Shown: positions 1 to 12,685, counted from the stretch's first letter. The stretch: DNA of 64,000 nt from Nitrospirota bacterium (GCA_963818475.1 CAWFSF010000006.1:1760001-1824000), one strand, 5' to 3'. Notes: generated by a model not told the origin, from the sequence alone. Numbers and translations are program-made.

Positions 1-572
1 CCTCGATGCAGAGGAAGTGTTCTGGAAACAGGGAATGAAACCCGTATTTCTTGAGCAAAAGATAGAATCGTACAAGCTGACCCTGTCGGACGACAGCGAG
101 GTCGAGATCAATGCCAAAGTCGACCGCATCGATGTGGACGAGCAGGGCAACTTCATCATTGTTGATTACAAGACCGGCAAGTATCCAACACCGAAAACAA
201 AGGGTGATCAGGATATCTTCCAGCTCCCGGTCTACGCGGTAATGGCGCGGCAGATGTTGTCCGAGCAAGGAGCAGGAGCCCTGCGGCAAGCCCATCGGCC
301 TTGCCTACTACGATCTCATGGGGAAGAACAAGGGACTGGCCAGGGATGTCGTTCTTTTCAACAAGGACGTGGGCCTCGACCAGCCAGTCATAAAACCGCA
401 ATCAAGCCCGAAAAGCGCAGAGGATTTTGAACTGATTTTGAAGCAGAGCATGGACAAGGCCCGCAAAGCCGTCGAAGGCATCCTGGCAGGCGATTTCGCC
501 TCAGAACCGCAGGATGAGAACAAATGCAGGTATTGTCCCAATGCGGTGATGTGCGAGGAAAAAGAGGCGTAG
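1..572 (+). CDS. addB: AddB/RecB-like PD-(D/E)XK nuclease, 3' part (one frameshift near 290)
   Basis: KVDRID...IIVDYKTG and QLPVYA nuclease motifs in 17..430; C-terminal CRYCPNAVMC Fe-S motif in 318..572; lies upstream of addA; open at window start. Confidence 0.8.
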
Positions 573-651
573 GGGCGGGTTGCACGTAGAGGATGGTTTG
601 CATGTAGAGGGCGGGTTTGCATGTAAGGGCGGGTTTCAAACCCGCCCCTAC
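569..651. repeat. REP array: three tandem half-REPs plus one full GTAA/GTAG-type REP palindrome
   Basis: gtaggggcgggttgcac, gtagaggatggtttgcat, gtagagggcgggtttgcat, then gtaagggcgggtttcaaacccgcccctac (623-651). Confidence 0.85.
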
Positions 652-665
652 GGTAATTGATAATT

Positions 666-1271
666 ATGACATTCGATCCTGAAATCCATCATCGCAGGTC
701 CATCCGTTTGCAACATTACGATTATGCGCATGCAGGGGCATATTTCGTAACCATCTGCGCACAGAACCGTGCATGTTTATTTGGCACTATTTCGGAAGGA
801 CAGATGCAGGCGAACGATCACGGCAAGATTGTGAACGAATGCTGGAATGATCTGCCAAATCATTACGAAAACTTTATTCCTGACGCATTTCAGATAATGC
901 CGAATCACGTGCATGGGATTATAATTTTGTCTAATGCCGCCGTAGGGGCGGGTTTCCCTGTAAGGGCGGGTTTTAAACCCGCCCCTACAATAGATGTCCA
1001 TGGGATGCACTCCAGACATTCATCTAAACACCATGGGTTGCCGGAGATCATCCGCGCATTCAAAACATTTTCAGCACGCCGTATTAACCAGGCACGCAAC
1101 ACCCCCGGCATGACGGTATGGCAACGGAATTATTATGAACATGTCATCAGGTACGAAGAAGATCTGAACAAGGTTCGCGAGTATATCATCACCAACCCCG
1201 CGGGATGGGATAAGGACGAAGAGAATCCAGATCATGTAAGGGCGGGTTTGAAACCCGCCCCTACGAGATAA
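666..1271 (+). CDS. REP-associated tyrosine transposase (RAYT, Y1 HUH)
   Basis: RRSIRL..YDY..GAYFVTIC, MPNHVHGII (HUH), WQRNYYEHVIR..YI..NP motifs; flanked by REPs. Confidence 0.9.
   Translation: MTFDPEIHHRRSIRLQHYDYAHAGAYFVTICAQNRACLFGTISEGQMQANDHGKIVNECWNDLPNHYENFIPDAFQIMPNHVHGIIILSNAAVGAGFPVRAGFKPAPTIDVHGMHSRHSSKHHGLPEIIRAFKTFSARRINQARNTPGMTVWQRNYYEHVIRYEEDLNKVREYIITNPAGWDKDEENPDHVRAGLKPAPTR
942..988. repeat. In-frame REP (half plus full) inside the RAYT gene
   Basis: gtaggggcgggtttccct + gtaagggcgggttttaaacccgcccctac, encoding VGAGFPVRAGFKPAPT. Confidence 0.85.
1236..1264. repeat. REP palindrome at the RAYT 3' end
   Basis: gtaagggcgggtttgaaacccgcccctac, encoding VRAGLKPAPT. Confidence 0.85.
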
Positions 1272-1275
1272 CGAC

Positions 1276-4200
1276 ATGACCACCGATTCAAAAAACCAGA
1301 CAGCCAACAAGGCGGCCGATACCGAACGATCCATCCACCTCTCGGCCTCGGCCGGGTCGGGCAAGACCCGTGCGCTCAAGGAGCGTTACCTTGCGCTCCT
1401 GGACAAGCTCGATCTCCGCGGGCTCAACATCGACCAGGCCGTTGCCATCACGTTCACGGACAAGGCGGCCGCGGAGATCAAAGAGCGCGTGATGCACGAC
1501 CTGCCCGACGCCATGCTCAAGAAGATCATCCGCGGCAGGCAGGACCTCCGCATCTCGACCATTCATTCCTTCTGCATGAACCTGCTGAAGCGCTACCCGC
1601 TCGAAGCAGGGCTGCCGCCGGACTTCGGCGTGCTCGACTCCCGGGACCAGGTGTACAAGATCCGGAAGGCCATCGAGGACAGCCTCGAAGAAGCGGACCG
1701 CGATCCGGCCGTCATGGCGCCGCTCAATGCTTTTACCGCAGACGAGCTCGTTGAGTCCATCGAGTTCCTGCTCAAGATCAGGACCAGGCTGAAGCGCGTC
1801 GAGATCGACGCCAAAGGGCCTGACGGCATGCTCCGCGCTGTTCAGGCCGGCATGGACAGGGAAGCCCTCGAAGCAGAGCTGGGTTCGCTCGTCGGAAGCC
1901 CGGCATGGAGCGCCCTGTTCATGCAGATGGAGCTCCTGCTCAGGTCGCAGCCGGATCTGTATGAGGCCTGCAGGGGAGCGGCACATCGTTCTCTTGCTTC
2001 AGCGCCGGACAGGCAGGCCGCCTATCGTATCGCTACTTCGCTCATGCCGGTCTACTTTACGCTCAAGGACGAACCGCGCAAGAAGCTGCCGATCGCAAAA
2101 GGCAAGTTCTGCTCAGACCGACAGGTGCACCTATCCGGTATATGAAACGCCTCTGCTCGCAGGTGACCGATGCCCTGTCGCGATTCAGATCAGCATACCA
2201 TCGTGCTGCAGGCGGGCAGCAGAGGCCACTCAGCCTGCTGCAGCTCTACCTGCTCGCAGAGGAACGCTACCAGCGGTCAAAACTGAAGGAAGGCCTGCTG
2301 GACTTCGACGACCTCGAGATCTACGCCTACCGCCTGCTCCAGGGCATGGAATCGCCGGAGATCCTTTACTGGCTCGACCGGAAGATCCTGCATTTCCTCG
2401 TGGACGAGTTCCAGGACACGAGCGACATCCAGTGGGCCATCCTGAACAAGCTGACCGAAGAGATCTTTGCGGGCCAGGGCACGGAAAAACGCATGGCCCC
2501 CACCCTGTTCGTGGTGGGCGACGAAAAACAGTCCATCTACCGGTTCCGCGAGGCCAACTACCGCCTGATCAGGGACATTCAGGAAAAGATGGAAACACTT
2601 CTGCTGCCGGAAGCGCGGGAGATCCTGACGCTGCAAGAAGAACTACCGGTCCACTCCCGCGGTCATCGAGACCGTGAACCGGGTCTTCAGCGCGCTCTGG
2701 GGCGACGCCTACCAGCCGTCCGATCCGGACCGCACCGAACATGCGGGAAGCGTACGGCTCATCGAGATCCTGCCGGAACCGCCCGATGATGACAGGACAG
2801 GCCGGGCTCCTCGGCGAAGCCGCCATCCTGGCGCAGGAGATCAGGCAGATCGTGGACAGCAACACCATGATCTACGAAAAATCAGGCGACGCCTGGAACG
2901 AGCGGGCCGCAGCCTTCGGCGACTGCGCCATCCTCATCCAGTCCAGGACACGGCTGAAGGAATATGAAGCAGCGCTCCAGGAGGCAGGCGTCCCCTTCCG
3001 CGTGGTCGGCGGGATCGGATTCTATGAGGAGGATGAGGTCCAGGCCATCCTGAACGTGCTCTTCTTCCTCTGGAACCGTGACGACAGGCTTTCGCTCGCC
3101 GCGGCGCTCAGGTCGGCGCTCTTCGGCATGACCGACCGGGAGATCCTCGAGCTCATGCTGGACAGCAGGGACATGCTCGAAGGCCTCAAAGAGCGCAGGC
3201 CCGACGCCTGGATGCTCATCCAGGGATGGGAGCGGAACGCCGGACTGGCCCCGCTTTCCGTGCTCGTGCACCGGATCATCGCCGATACGGGCGCCTATGT
3301 GCGGTTCGGCAGGCGCAATGCGCAGGCGATCTTCAACCTCGACAAGCTGCTCGATACCGCGCGCGATTTCGACCGCAGGGGCTACACCACGCTCCAGGAT
3401 TTCGTGGAATGGATCAGGAACATCCGCGAAGCGGAACAGCGCGAGGCCACGGCGGACATGAACCTGCCGGGGTTCAAGGGCGCGGTAAGCATTATGACCG
3501 TGCACAAGGCAAAAGGTCTGGAATTTCCCGTCGTGTTCCTGCCCGCCATGAACCAGCAGCCGCGATCGGTCACCACCGGCCCGCTGGCGATCGTGGAGAA
3601 CAGCAGCAGCGGAATGAGGCTGGCGGTCAAGGACGGGGACAACCCCCTGTATGAAGAGCTGTGGGACCAGGAGAAGCAAGAGCTCCAGCGGGAGCACCAG
3701 CGCCTGCTCTACGTGGCGATGACGCGCGCCCGGGACTGCCTGGTCATGATCGGGACGCTGGAGAAGAACAGTAAACCGTTCAAGGAGAGTGCCTGGCTCA
3801 ACTACCTGCATCAGGCCATCCCCGTGAGCGCGGACGGTCGCGGCCGGAACGGCCCGGTGTAACGGTTTCCGCCTATCCTGAGTGGCAGGCAGAGATGCTT
3901 CCTGTTCTGCAGGCCGGGCGTTTTCCAGAAGGAGCAGAAGGAAGAAACGCGCACCATGGTCAACGCGCAAATCATCCTGGAGAACATCGCGCCCGTTCCT
4001 TCTTCAACCTCGCTCGAATGGAGAACAGCCACTGACCTCATTTCACGGGACCGGGAGGATGCCGCCGAGCAGCCTCTCCCTGGAAAAGAGCGGGGACATG
4101 CATATCGCCGCTTACGCGCGGAAGCATCCTGCACCGCTGTCTTGAGGAGCATACGAAGACCGGCGCCTGCGACCTGGAGCCGATCATCGGCGAATACCCC

Positions 4201-4594
4201 GAGATGCACGCCGTCAGCCCCGAGGTGCGGGCCGCCTTCGCTGCCGACGCCGATGCGGTCTTGAAAAAAGTACTCACCACACCGGCCTTCGCGTGGATCT
4301 TCGAGCAGCGCGACAGACTCCTATTCCGAACTGCCCTTCATCTGCCGCCGCGGACAAACGCTCATCAGCGGCATCATGGACCGCGTGGTCATCCAGGGAG
4401 ACACCGGGTATGTGATCGACTACAAGGCCATCGCTGTTCAGGATGAAGCAGAGGCCGCTGCCTGGAAAGACCATTATCGACCCCAGGTACAAGTCTACTG
4501 CGAAGCGGTCAAGGAGCTGTTCCGCCTTCACCGGGTCGAGGGCCACCTCCTCTTCCTCGACAGCGCCCGCCTGGAACTGACCGTATCCGTCTGA
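1276..4594 (+). CDS. addA: AddA/UvrD-type helicase-nuclease, split by several frameshifts
   Basis: Consecutive ORF pieces carry ASAGSGKT, AITFTDKAAAE, LVDEFQDTS, VGDEKQSIYRFR, MTVHKAKGLEFP, LLYVAMTRARD and a C-terminal MDRV..VIDYK nuclease motif. Confidence 0.85.
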
Positions 4595-4743
4595 TCCCTT
4601 TGTTCGCCCCACCCTCTTGACCACCGGCATTATTTTTTTTATAATTACTGGCACGATCAACGGCAGCCGGCTAAATGCGCGCTATACTTATGGAGTACAG
4701 ACCGGCATTGACACGAGTAAACCGAACAAACCAAAAAACAATT

Positions 4744-4860
4744 TTGCCACGAAGTCACGAAGACACAAAGAAAATCCGGGGTATATTCTTCATGAAGTAC
4801 CTGACTTGACGATTTATTCTTGTCACTGATTTACTTCGTGCCTTAGTGCCTTCGTGGCAA
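4744..4860. repeat. Gene-less inverted repeat with 3x8-nt periodic arms
   Basis: ttgccacgaagtcacgaagacacaaag ... cttcgtgccttagtgccttcgtggcaa. Confidence 0.75.
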
Positions 4861-4920
4861 GATCATTGTTTTCAGCTTTAGAGATTTTTTTCAATATCAT
4901 CTACTCATAAGGAGGAGATC

Positions 4921-6366
4921 ATGAAAAAGACGCATCTACGAACAGGACTTTTTGCATTACTCATCATCGCAGCACTCACCCTCTCCGGGAGCGGCCTTTC
5001 GGCAAAAGAAGCGAAAGTCTCGCCCGAATCCACCAAATTCCTGTCCCAGCTGAGCATCGCTCTCGATGAAGTGGCAGAAACCGCAGGCCCCTCGGTCGTG
5101 AACATCTCGACCACCACCACGGTCACCCTGGATCAGAGCCCCTTTGGAGACATGTTCAACGACCCGCTCTTCCGCAGGTTTTTCGGCGACGGGAACGGCC
5201 AAAACGGCCACCCCGGCCAGAAAAGAAAGCAGAAGTCCTCGGCCCTCGGCTCCGGCGTGATCGTATCCGAGAACGGCTACATCCTGACCAACAACCATGT
5301 GGTGCAGGGTGCTGACGAGATCAAGATCGTCCTGTCCGACAAGCGCGAGTTCAAAGGCAAGATCGTGGGAGGCGACCCCAAAACGGACCTCGCCGTGGTC
5401 AAGATAAACGCCACGAACCTGCCGACCGTCCAGATCGGGAGCTCGGGCAAGCTCAAGACCGGTGATGTCGTGCTCGCCATCGGCAACCCCTTTGGATTGA
5501 ACCAGACGATCACCATGGGCATCGTAAGCGCTGTGGGGCGGTCGAACGTGGGGATCGCGGACTATGAGGACTTTATCCAGACCGACGCGGCCATCAACCC
5601 GGGAAACTCGGGCGGCGCGCTGGTGAACACCAGCGGCCAGCTCGTCGGCATCAATACGGCGATCTTTTCGACCAGCGGCGGCTACATGGGCATCGGCTTC
5701 GCCATTCCCATGGACATGGCAAAGACCGTCATGGACAGCATCATCAAGCATGGCAAGGTCGTCCGCGGCTGGCTCGGCGTCAGCATCCAGAACATCACCC
5801 CGGACCTGGCGAAATCGCTCGGCATCACGGAGACCGCGGGTGCACTGGTGTCAGGCGTAATGAAGGACAGTCCGGCTGAAAAGGCCGGCATTAAGCGCGG
5901 CGATATCATCACCGAACTGGACGGGAAAGCGGTCGGAGACTCGCGCATGCTGAGGAACATGGTGGCCGACAATGCTCCGGGAAAGACCGTGACCGTCACG
6001 GTGCTGCGCAAAGATAAAAAGGAGCTGCTGAAGGTGACCCTGGGCGAGTTCCAGGATACCAAAGTTGCAGAAAAGGCTGACTTTGATTTCGAGAATGTGC
6101 TGAAGGATGTGGTCGTTCAGGACCTGACGCCCGACCTCAGAGAGCGGCTCAACATTCCCGCTGATATCGCCGGCGTGGTGGTCTCGCAGGTTGATCAGGC
6201 ATCGAATGTGCTGCAGCAGGGCGACGTGATCATGGAAGTGGAGCGCCGGCCAGTTGCGAACGTGAAGGAGTACAGCGAGATCGTATCGAAGATCGGGCCC
6301 AAGGACGGCGTGCTGATGCTCATCTACCGCGACGGGGCATCAATATTTATTACGATAAAACCGTAA
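4921..6366 (+). CDS. degP: Do/DegP-family periplasmic serine protease with two PDZ domains
   Basis: Signal peptide; LTNNHVV, DLAVVK, QTDAAINPGNSGG triad motifs; AAGGAGGAG RBS. Confidence 0.92.
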   Translation: MKKTHLRTGLFALLIIAALTLSGSGLSAKEAKVSPESTKFLSQLSIALDEVAETAGPSVVNISTTTTVTLDQSPFGDMFNDPLFRRFFGDGNGQNGHPGQKRKQKSSALGSGVIVSENGYILTNNHVVQGADEIKIVLSDKREFKGKIVGGDPKTDLAVVKINATNLPTVQIGSSGKLKTGDVVLAIGNPFGLNQTITMGIVSAVGRSNVGIADYEDFIQTDAAINPGNSGGALVNTSGQLVGINTAIFSTSGGYMGIGFAIPMDMAKTVMDSIIKHGKVVRGWLGVSIQNITPDLAKSLGITETAGALVSGVMKDSPAEKAGIKRGDIITELDGKAVGDSRMLRNMVADNAPGKTVTVTVLRKDKKELLKVTLGEFQDTKVAEKADFDFENVLKDVVVQDLTPDLRERLNIPADIAGVVVSQVDQASNVLQQGDVIMEVERRPVANVKEYSEIVSKIGPKDGVLMLIYRDGASIFITIKP

Positions 6367-6370
6367 ATTT

Positions 6371-6480
6371 AGGGGTCAGGGGTCAGGGGTCAGGGGTCAG
6401 GGGTCAGGCTCTTGGCCCCTGATCTTACATCTGACTTCTGACTTCTCACATCTTACTTCTGACTTCTGACTTCTCACTTC
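6371..6480. repeat. Heptamer tandem arrays (aggggtc)x5 and (tctgact-like)x8
   Basis: Direct reading; the second array overlaps the 3' end of the GNAT gene. Confidence 0.8.
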
Positions 6481-6970
6481 CCTCTTCTATTTCCTTTTCC
6501 ATCCTATAGTCGTCCATGACAAAACCGTGGCCGATGTCCTGAACAATGGCTTCGACCTTCTTAAAACCGATCGCCTCATAGGCCTTGATTGCGAGGGTAT
6601 TATTCTTGTTGACCGTGAGAACGATCTTTGTCAGGCCTTTTCCTTTCGCCAGGCCTTCAACAAACCTGACAGCCTTCCTGCCGTACCCCCTGCCGCGCCA
6701 CGATGAAAGCACATAGATCTTGCTGAGGAACAGTTCCTGTTCTTTCGGCTGGACGCTTATATAGCCAATGAACTGCCCCGCTTCCTGGATCAAAAAATAG
6801 AGATAACCGTTCGCAATTTGTTCTGAAATAGCCTGTGCGGACTGGAACCGGGCGAGCATGTAAGCGACCTGCTCTTTCCCGATGATGGGGATGTAGTGTT
6901 CGGTCCAGATCTCCCTGGCCAGGGCTTCGACGGCCTCGATATGGTTTTTGGTTGCGACCTTGATGAACAT
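6446..6970 (-). CDS. GNAT N-acetyltransferase
   Basis: LSKIYV..WRGRGYGR and LTVNKNN..AIKAYEAIGF motifs. Confidence 0.88.
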   Translation of the reverse strand: MFIKVATKNHIEAVEALAREIWTEHYIPIIGKEQVAYMLARFQSAQAISEQIANGYLYFLIQEAGQFIGYISVQPKEQELFLSKIYVLSSWRGRGYGRKAVRFVEGLAKGKGLTKIVLTVNKNNTLAIKAYEAIGFKKVEAIVQDIGHGFVMDDYRMEKEIEEGSEKSEVRSKM

Positions 6971-6983
6971 GGTTTTTTAGTGA

Positions 6984-7130
6984 CTCTTCAGGTTGAAGGT
7001 TGTAGGACTGAAGGCTAAAGGTGGTAAAACGTGATGTCTGATCTTTCTCGTTAGGATTTTCTTGTGTGATTGAGCACAAGCCTTATCTTTTACCTTCAGT
7101 CTTCGGCCTTCAGTCTATTCACCTGAAGAG
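6984..7130. repeat. Heptamer-periodic inverted repeat (ctgaagg/ccttcag family)
   Basis: ctcttcaggttgaagg...gactgaaggctaaaggt versus accttcagtcttcggccttcagtctattcacctgaagag; related copy at 34567-34647. Confidence 0.65.
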
Positions 7131-7185
7131 GTACCTTTTTTATATCGTTGTTCCCTCAGGAAGTCAAGCACGGAGAAGGCCCGCG

Positions 7186-7213
7186 TTGACTCTCTCCCTA
7201 AACATGCTACAAT
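7186..7213 (+). promoter_or_regulatory. Sigma70-like promoter
   Basis: TTGACT-N16-TACAAT with extended TG, upstream of 7231. Confidence 0.5.
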
Positions 7214-7230
7214 GCAAAAAGAGGTGAACC

Positions 7231-8607
7231 ATGAAAGAATACGACGTGATCATCATCGGGTCCGGGGCCGGCGCGAACCTTGTTAATGATGCTCTGGGGC
7301 ACAACAAGACCGTGGCGCTCGTGGACAAAGGGCCCGTCGGCGGCACCTGCCTGAACGTGGGCTGCATCCCGACCAAGCTGATCGTCTACCCCGCCGACCG
7401 CATCATGGAGATCCGCGAAGCGAAGAAGCTCGGCATCACGGCCGAGATCAAAGAGATCGACTTCAGGGCCATCATGGACCGGATGCGCAGCTCGATCAAA
7501 GATAGCCACGATCGCATCCAGGAAGAACTCGAAAAGACGAAGGACTTCGATTTTTACTTTGGCGAAGCCCACTTTACCGGCGAGTACACGCTCGACGTGA
7601 ACGGCCAGACGATCAAGGGAAAAACGATCTTCATCGCTTCCGGCGCCCGTCCTTTCATCCCTCCCATCAAGGGCATCGATGCCGTCCCCTACCTTACGAA
7701 CGAGAGCGCGCTCCAACTCACGGAGCGGCCCGAGAGCATGATCATTATCGGCGGCGGATATATCGCGGTCGAGTTCGCCCATTTCTTCGAGGCCGTCGGT
7801 ACGAAGGTGACGATCATCCAGCGGAATCTACGCCTCGTGCCGGACGAAGAACCCGAGATCGCGGACCTGCTGCAAACAAACCTCGCCCGCCGCATGACGA
7901 TCCATAGGTCCACCGAAGCCGTGGAAGTGCGCAGGAGCGACGGAGGCATCACGGTCATTGCCCGTGAACGGGGCGGCAAGACCATGGAGTTTTCAGGTCA
8001 GACGCTCCTGCTAGCGGCGGGAAGAAAGTCGAATGCGGACCTGCTGCAGGTGGAGAAAACAGGGGTGAAGACGAATGAGCGAGGCTATATCGTCGTCGAC
8101 GACCATTTCGAGACCACGAAAAACAACATCTGGTCCTTCGGCGACGCGATCGGCAAGAAGATGTACCGTCATTCCGCGAACGAAGAGGCGGAACTTGCCT
8201 GGCACAATGCCATTCACGGGAAAAAGTCGCGCATCAACTATCTCACGGTGCCGCATGCCGTGTTCTCCTACCCCGAGATCGCATCGGTGGGACTGACCGA
8301 AGAGCAGGCAATCAAGCTCATAGGCAAAAAAGAACTGCTGGTGGGCAAGGCCATGTATACCGATGTGGCGCGCGGCAAGGCCATGATGGAGCGGGAAGGG
8401 TTTGCCAAAGCAGTGGTGCTTCGAAAGAGCGGCAAGATACTGGGGTATCACATCATCGGGCCGCAGGCCTCGATCCTGATCCAGGAGGTGGTGAACGCCA
8501 TGGCAGCCGACGGCAATCTCTGGTCGGTCGCCAAAGGCATGCACATCCATCCGGCGCTGCCGGAAGTGGTCCTGAAGGCCTTTGGAAAGCTGGAGGAGCC
8601 GAAGTGA
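7231..8607 (+). CDS. Dihydrolipoyl dehydrogenase / pyridine nucleotide-disulfide oxidoreductase family
   Basis: GGTCLNVGCIP redox disulfide; IIGGGYIAVE; HIHPALPE. Confidence 0.88.
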   Translation: MKEYDVIIIGSGAGANLVNDALGHNKTVALVDKGPVGGTCLNVGCIPTKLIVYPADRIMEIREAKKLGITAEIKEIDFRAIMDRMRSSIKDSHDRIQEELEKTKDFDFYFGEAHFTGEYTLDVNGQTIKGKTIFIASGARPFIPPIKGIDAVPYLTNESALQLTERPESMIIIGGGYIAVEFAHFFEAVGTKVTIIQRNLRLVPDEEPEIADLLQTNLARRMTIHRSTEAVEVRRSDGGITVIARERGGKTMEFSGQTLLLAAGRKSNADLLQVEKTGVKTNERGYIVVDDHFETTKNNIWSFGDAIGKKMYRHSANEEAELAWHNAIHGKKSRINYLTVPHAVFSYPEIASVGLTEEQAIKLIGKKELLVGKAMYTDVARGKAMMEREGFAKAVVLRKSGKILGYHIIGPQASILIQEVVNAMAADGNLWSVAKGMHIHPALPEVVLKAFGKLEEPK

Positions 8608-8676
8608 ACGCGTATTTCTGAACGCAGGAAAAAAACGGCATACCATAGATAAAATCGGATGATAAACCTTCGCGCC

Positions 8677-9519
8677 CTAGAACGAAGCCCCGATCCTCAC
8701 GCCGAGCATATCCGCTTCCGATTCAGGCTGATAATATCCGACATAGAACCCCGAATACGGGTCGTACACAACAACTGTTGATGATTTTTTGAAGCGCATG
8801 CTGTCGTAGAAGGCACTGATCCTGAAGCGCTGCAGCTTTACGCCGGCCTCGGCGAACAACGACGGTTTGTTGCCTGGTTCGAGCGTTATTGACTCGTAGG
8901 AAACATTGTCGTCATCGATATAATTTTCGGTGTAGATTGGCAGCTTCACCCCTGCCTCAAGGAATATTTTATTGTTCTCTCCCAAAGACTGTTCTCCCCT
9001 GACCCCGAGACGTCCGTAAAACGTGGTCCAGTTCTCTGTATACCCGCTTACCGGAGACCCGTCCGCAGTATTGCCATCCTCGATATCGCGCGCCCAGGAC
9101 CTGATTCCGATGCCTCCGAAGGGTTCGAGAACAAAGTCCTGCGATGGCCTGATCTTCCCCCCCAGGTCAAGCTCAAATTTGAACCCGAAATAATTTGTCG
9201 TGGTGGACACGGCTTCCGGCGGTATCGCATTCGTTTGCCCGTCGTAATCCACAGAACCGCCGTTGAGCTCGACCCGGGGCTTCAGGGTCATATGATTGGG
9301 GAACTCGTGCGCATACGCCCCCCCCACGCCGAAACGGGGACCCGACTCCTTCAAAAGCTGCCCTCCGGCGTCGTCAAATTCCCTCCACGTGAAGCTCTCT
9401 ATGAGGCCATAGACCTCCAGGTCACCCTGCGTAAGGGCATGGACATTAGAAATTCCGAACACAAGCGTGCATGCTACGACCAGCAATGATGACCGCCCCA
9501 CCCTGCCTACGAATTTCAT
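8677..9519 (-). CDS. Outer-membrane beta-barrel protein
   Basis: AGGAGG RBS before MKFVGR; signal peptide; alternating beta-strand pattern; C-terminal Phe. Confidence 0.7.
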   Translation of the reverse strand: MKFVGRVGRSSLLVVACTLVFGISNVHALTQGDLEVYGLIESFTWREFDDAGGQLLKESGPRFGVGGAYAHEFPNHMTLKPRVELNGGSVDYDGQTNAIPPEAVSTTTNYFGFKFELDLGGKIRPSQDFVLEPFGGIGIRSWARDIEDGNTADGSPVSGYTENWTTFYGRLGVRGEQSLGENNKIFLEAGVKLPIYTENYIDDDNVSYESITLEPGNKPSLFAEAGVKLQRFRISAFYDSMRFKKSSTVVVYDPYSGFYVGYYQPESEADMLGVRIGASF

Positions 9520-9778
9520 GCAATCCTCCTCATAAAGAACGAAATGATCAGCGCCGGTCCGGCTGCAGACGACCCAATCTGACCTAAGCATACCAGACTT
9601 TTATCGCAACCGGGATAAAAACAGGGATTTCTATTATTATTCAATTGACAAATCATGCTCTCACAGGGTATTATGCCCAGCTTCATACAGAATCCATTTC
9701 GTTCCACGGAACCCCACGTCACCAAGAACTTCTTCCTGCGCGACCTGCACTTCGTGGTAAAAAAAAGGACAAAACAGA

Positions 9779-11605
<1,827 letters not shown>

Positions 11606-11647
11606 TTCGTCCTTGAGATAATGCAGCAGCACTTGCCACGCATACGA

Positions 11648-11683
11648 AGAGCCGCTGAATGAACTTCAGCGGTTCTTTCTTTT
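11648..11683 (+). terminator. Intrinsic terminator after typA
   Basis: aagagccgctgaa-tgaac-ttcagcggttcttt followed by a T-rich tail. Confidence 0.65.
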
Positions 11684-11767
11684 CCGTCACTTTGAAACGC
11701 CATCGCAAGCTAAGTGCTCGAACGGAGAATTCGCTTCCTCCTGGGAAGATGAAAGGAGGTGTATGCA

Positions 11768-11920
11768 ATGAATAAAATGATCGCCATCACGATGATCGCG
11801 GCAGTTGTATCGGTTTTTGCATTGGCTGGCTGCAAAAAAGAAGAAGCTCCTAAACCGGCAGAACAGTCGTCCGTTACCACGACCGTGGCTCCTGCACCGA
11901 AAGCGCCGAAGGGCTGCTAA
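11768..11920 (+). CDS. Small 50-aa lipoprotein (not in ORF track)
   Basis: GAAAGGAGGT RBS; MNKMIAITMIAAVVSVFALAGCKKEEAPKPAEQSSVTTTVAPAPKAPKGC; LAGC lipobox. Confidence 0.75.
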   Translation: MNKMIAITMIAAVVSVFALAGCKKEEAPKPAEQSSVTTTVAPAPKAPKGC

Positions 11921-11946
11921 GCTGCGTTGTACTTGCCAGGCACACA

Positions 11947-11983
11947 AAAAGCCGCTGAGATTCATTTCAGCGGCTTTATCTTT
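11947..11983 (+). terminator. Intrinsic terminator
   Basis: aaagccgctga-gattcatt-tcagcggcttt hairpin. Confidence 0.65.
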
Positions 11984-12005
11984 GAGACTCCAAAAAAACT
12001 TCTTT

Positions 12006-12129
12006 ACCGCGAGGGCGCAAGGGACGCGAGGACGACAAAATGCTTAATGCCTCGTTTTCGGTTCAATACAATCAGAAATAAAGACGGTGGGCTTCATGGT
12101 GTCCTTGAGCACCCTCGCGCCCTCGCGGT
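12006..12129. repeat. Gene-less inverted repeat with 3-unit periodic arms
   Basis: accgcgagggcgcaagggacgcgagga ... tccttgagcaccctcgcgccctcgcggt. Confidence 0.7.
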
Positions 12130-12155
12130 TCAAGCCTTTCTTCTTGCTTCCCCGA

Positions 12156-12548
12156 CTAAAAATCCAGCGGACTTTTTCTTTCCTTCATCGTCCTGCTCGG
12201 AGCACAATGGGTACAGATCATCGTCGTCCTGACATCGGCATGGCCGAGCATTTCCCGGATCGTGCGGATATCGTAATTAGCTTGAAGCAGATGGGTCGCG
12301 AATGAATGGCGGAATGTGTGGGATGTAACGCGTTGCGTGAGCCGGGCCTTGCGCACCGCTTTGTACAGCGGCTCTTGTACGTCCTTGTCGCTCAGATCTG
12401 ACTTTGCATCTGACGGCGGATACTTGACCAGAAAATCAAGGTAATAGCGAAGCAATTTCCGGTAGTCATCCCTCAATGTCGCCGATACAGCCTTCTGTTC
12501 TAAAACCGCATTAAATTGTACAAGAATGTCTTCCGGGATAGGCTGCAC
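12156..12548 (-). pseudogene. intI: Integron integrase IntI with a large internal deletion
   Basis: HTFRHSFATHLL..YDIRTIREMLGHADVRTTMI and C-terminal SPLD typical of IntI; only 130 aa; catalytic Tyr position reads Cys (MICTH); divergent from the cassette array. Confidence 0.85.
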
Positions 12549-12685
12549 GGTCTCCTCCTGGAATTAGCTAATACCGTATTTGCATATTAGTTCGAATTCT
12601 GGGAATATATTATTATATGCATATTAGCCTTTTGCTCGAAGTTTAATTAAATCAGAAAGATACATCAAGTTTTTTCTTAAATTCA

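Noticed and set aside
569-651. Possible CRISPR-like array
   Set aside because: Units are 17-19 nt, abut without unique spacers and match the REP flanking a RAYT gene; no cas genes.
9703-9758. Another periodic inverted-arm element upstream of typA
   Set aside because: Only the ccacg/cgtgg termini pair convincingly; too degenerate to call.
11690-11765. Possible riboswitch upstream of the small lipoprotein
   Set aside because: No recognisable aptamer consensus by eye; an Rfam scan would be needed.
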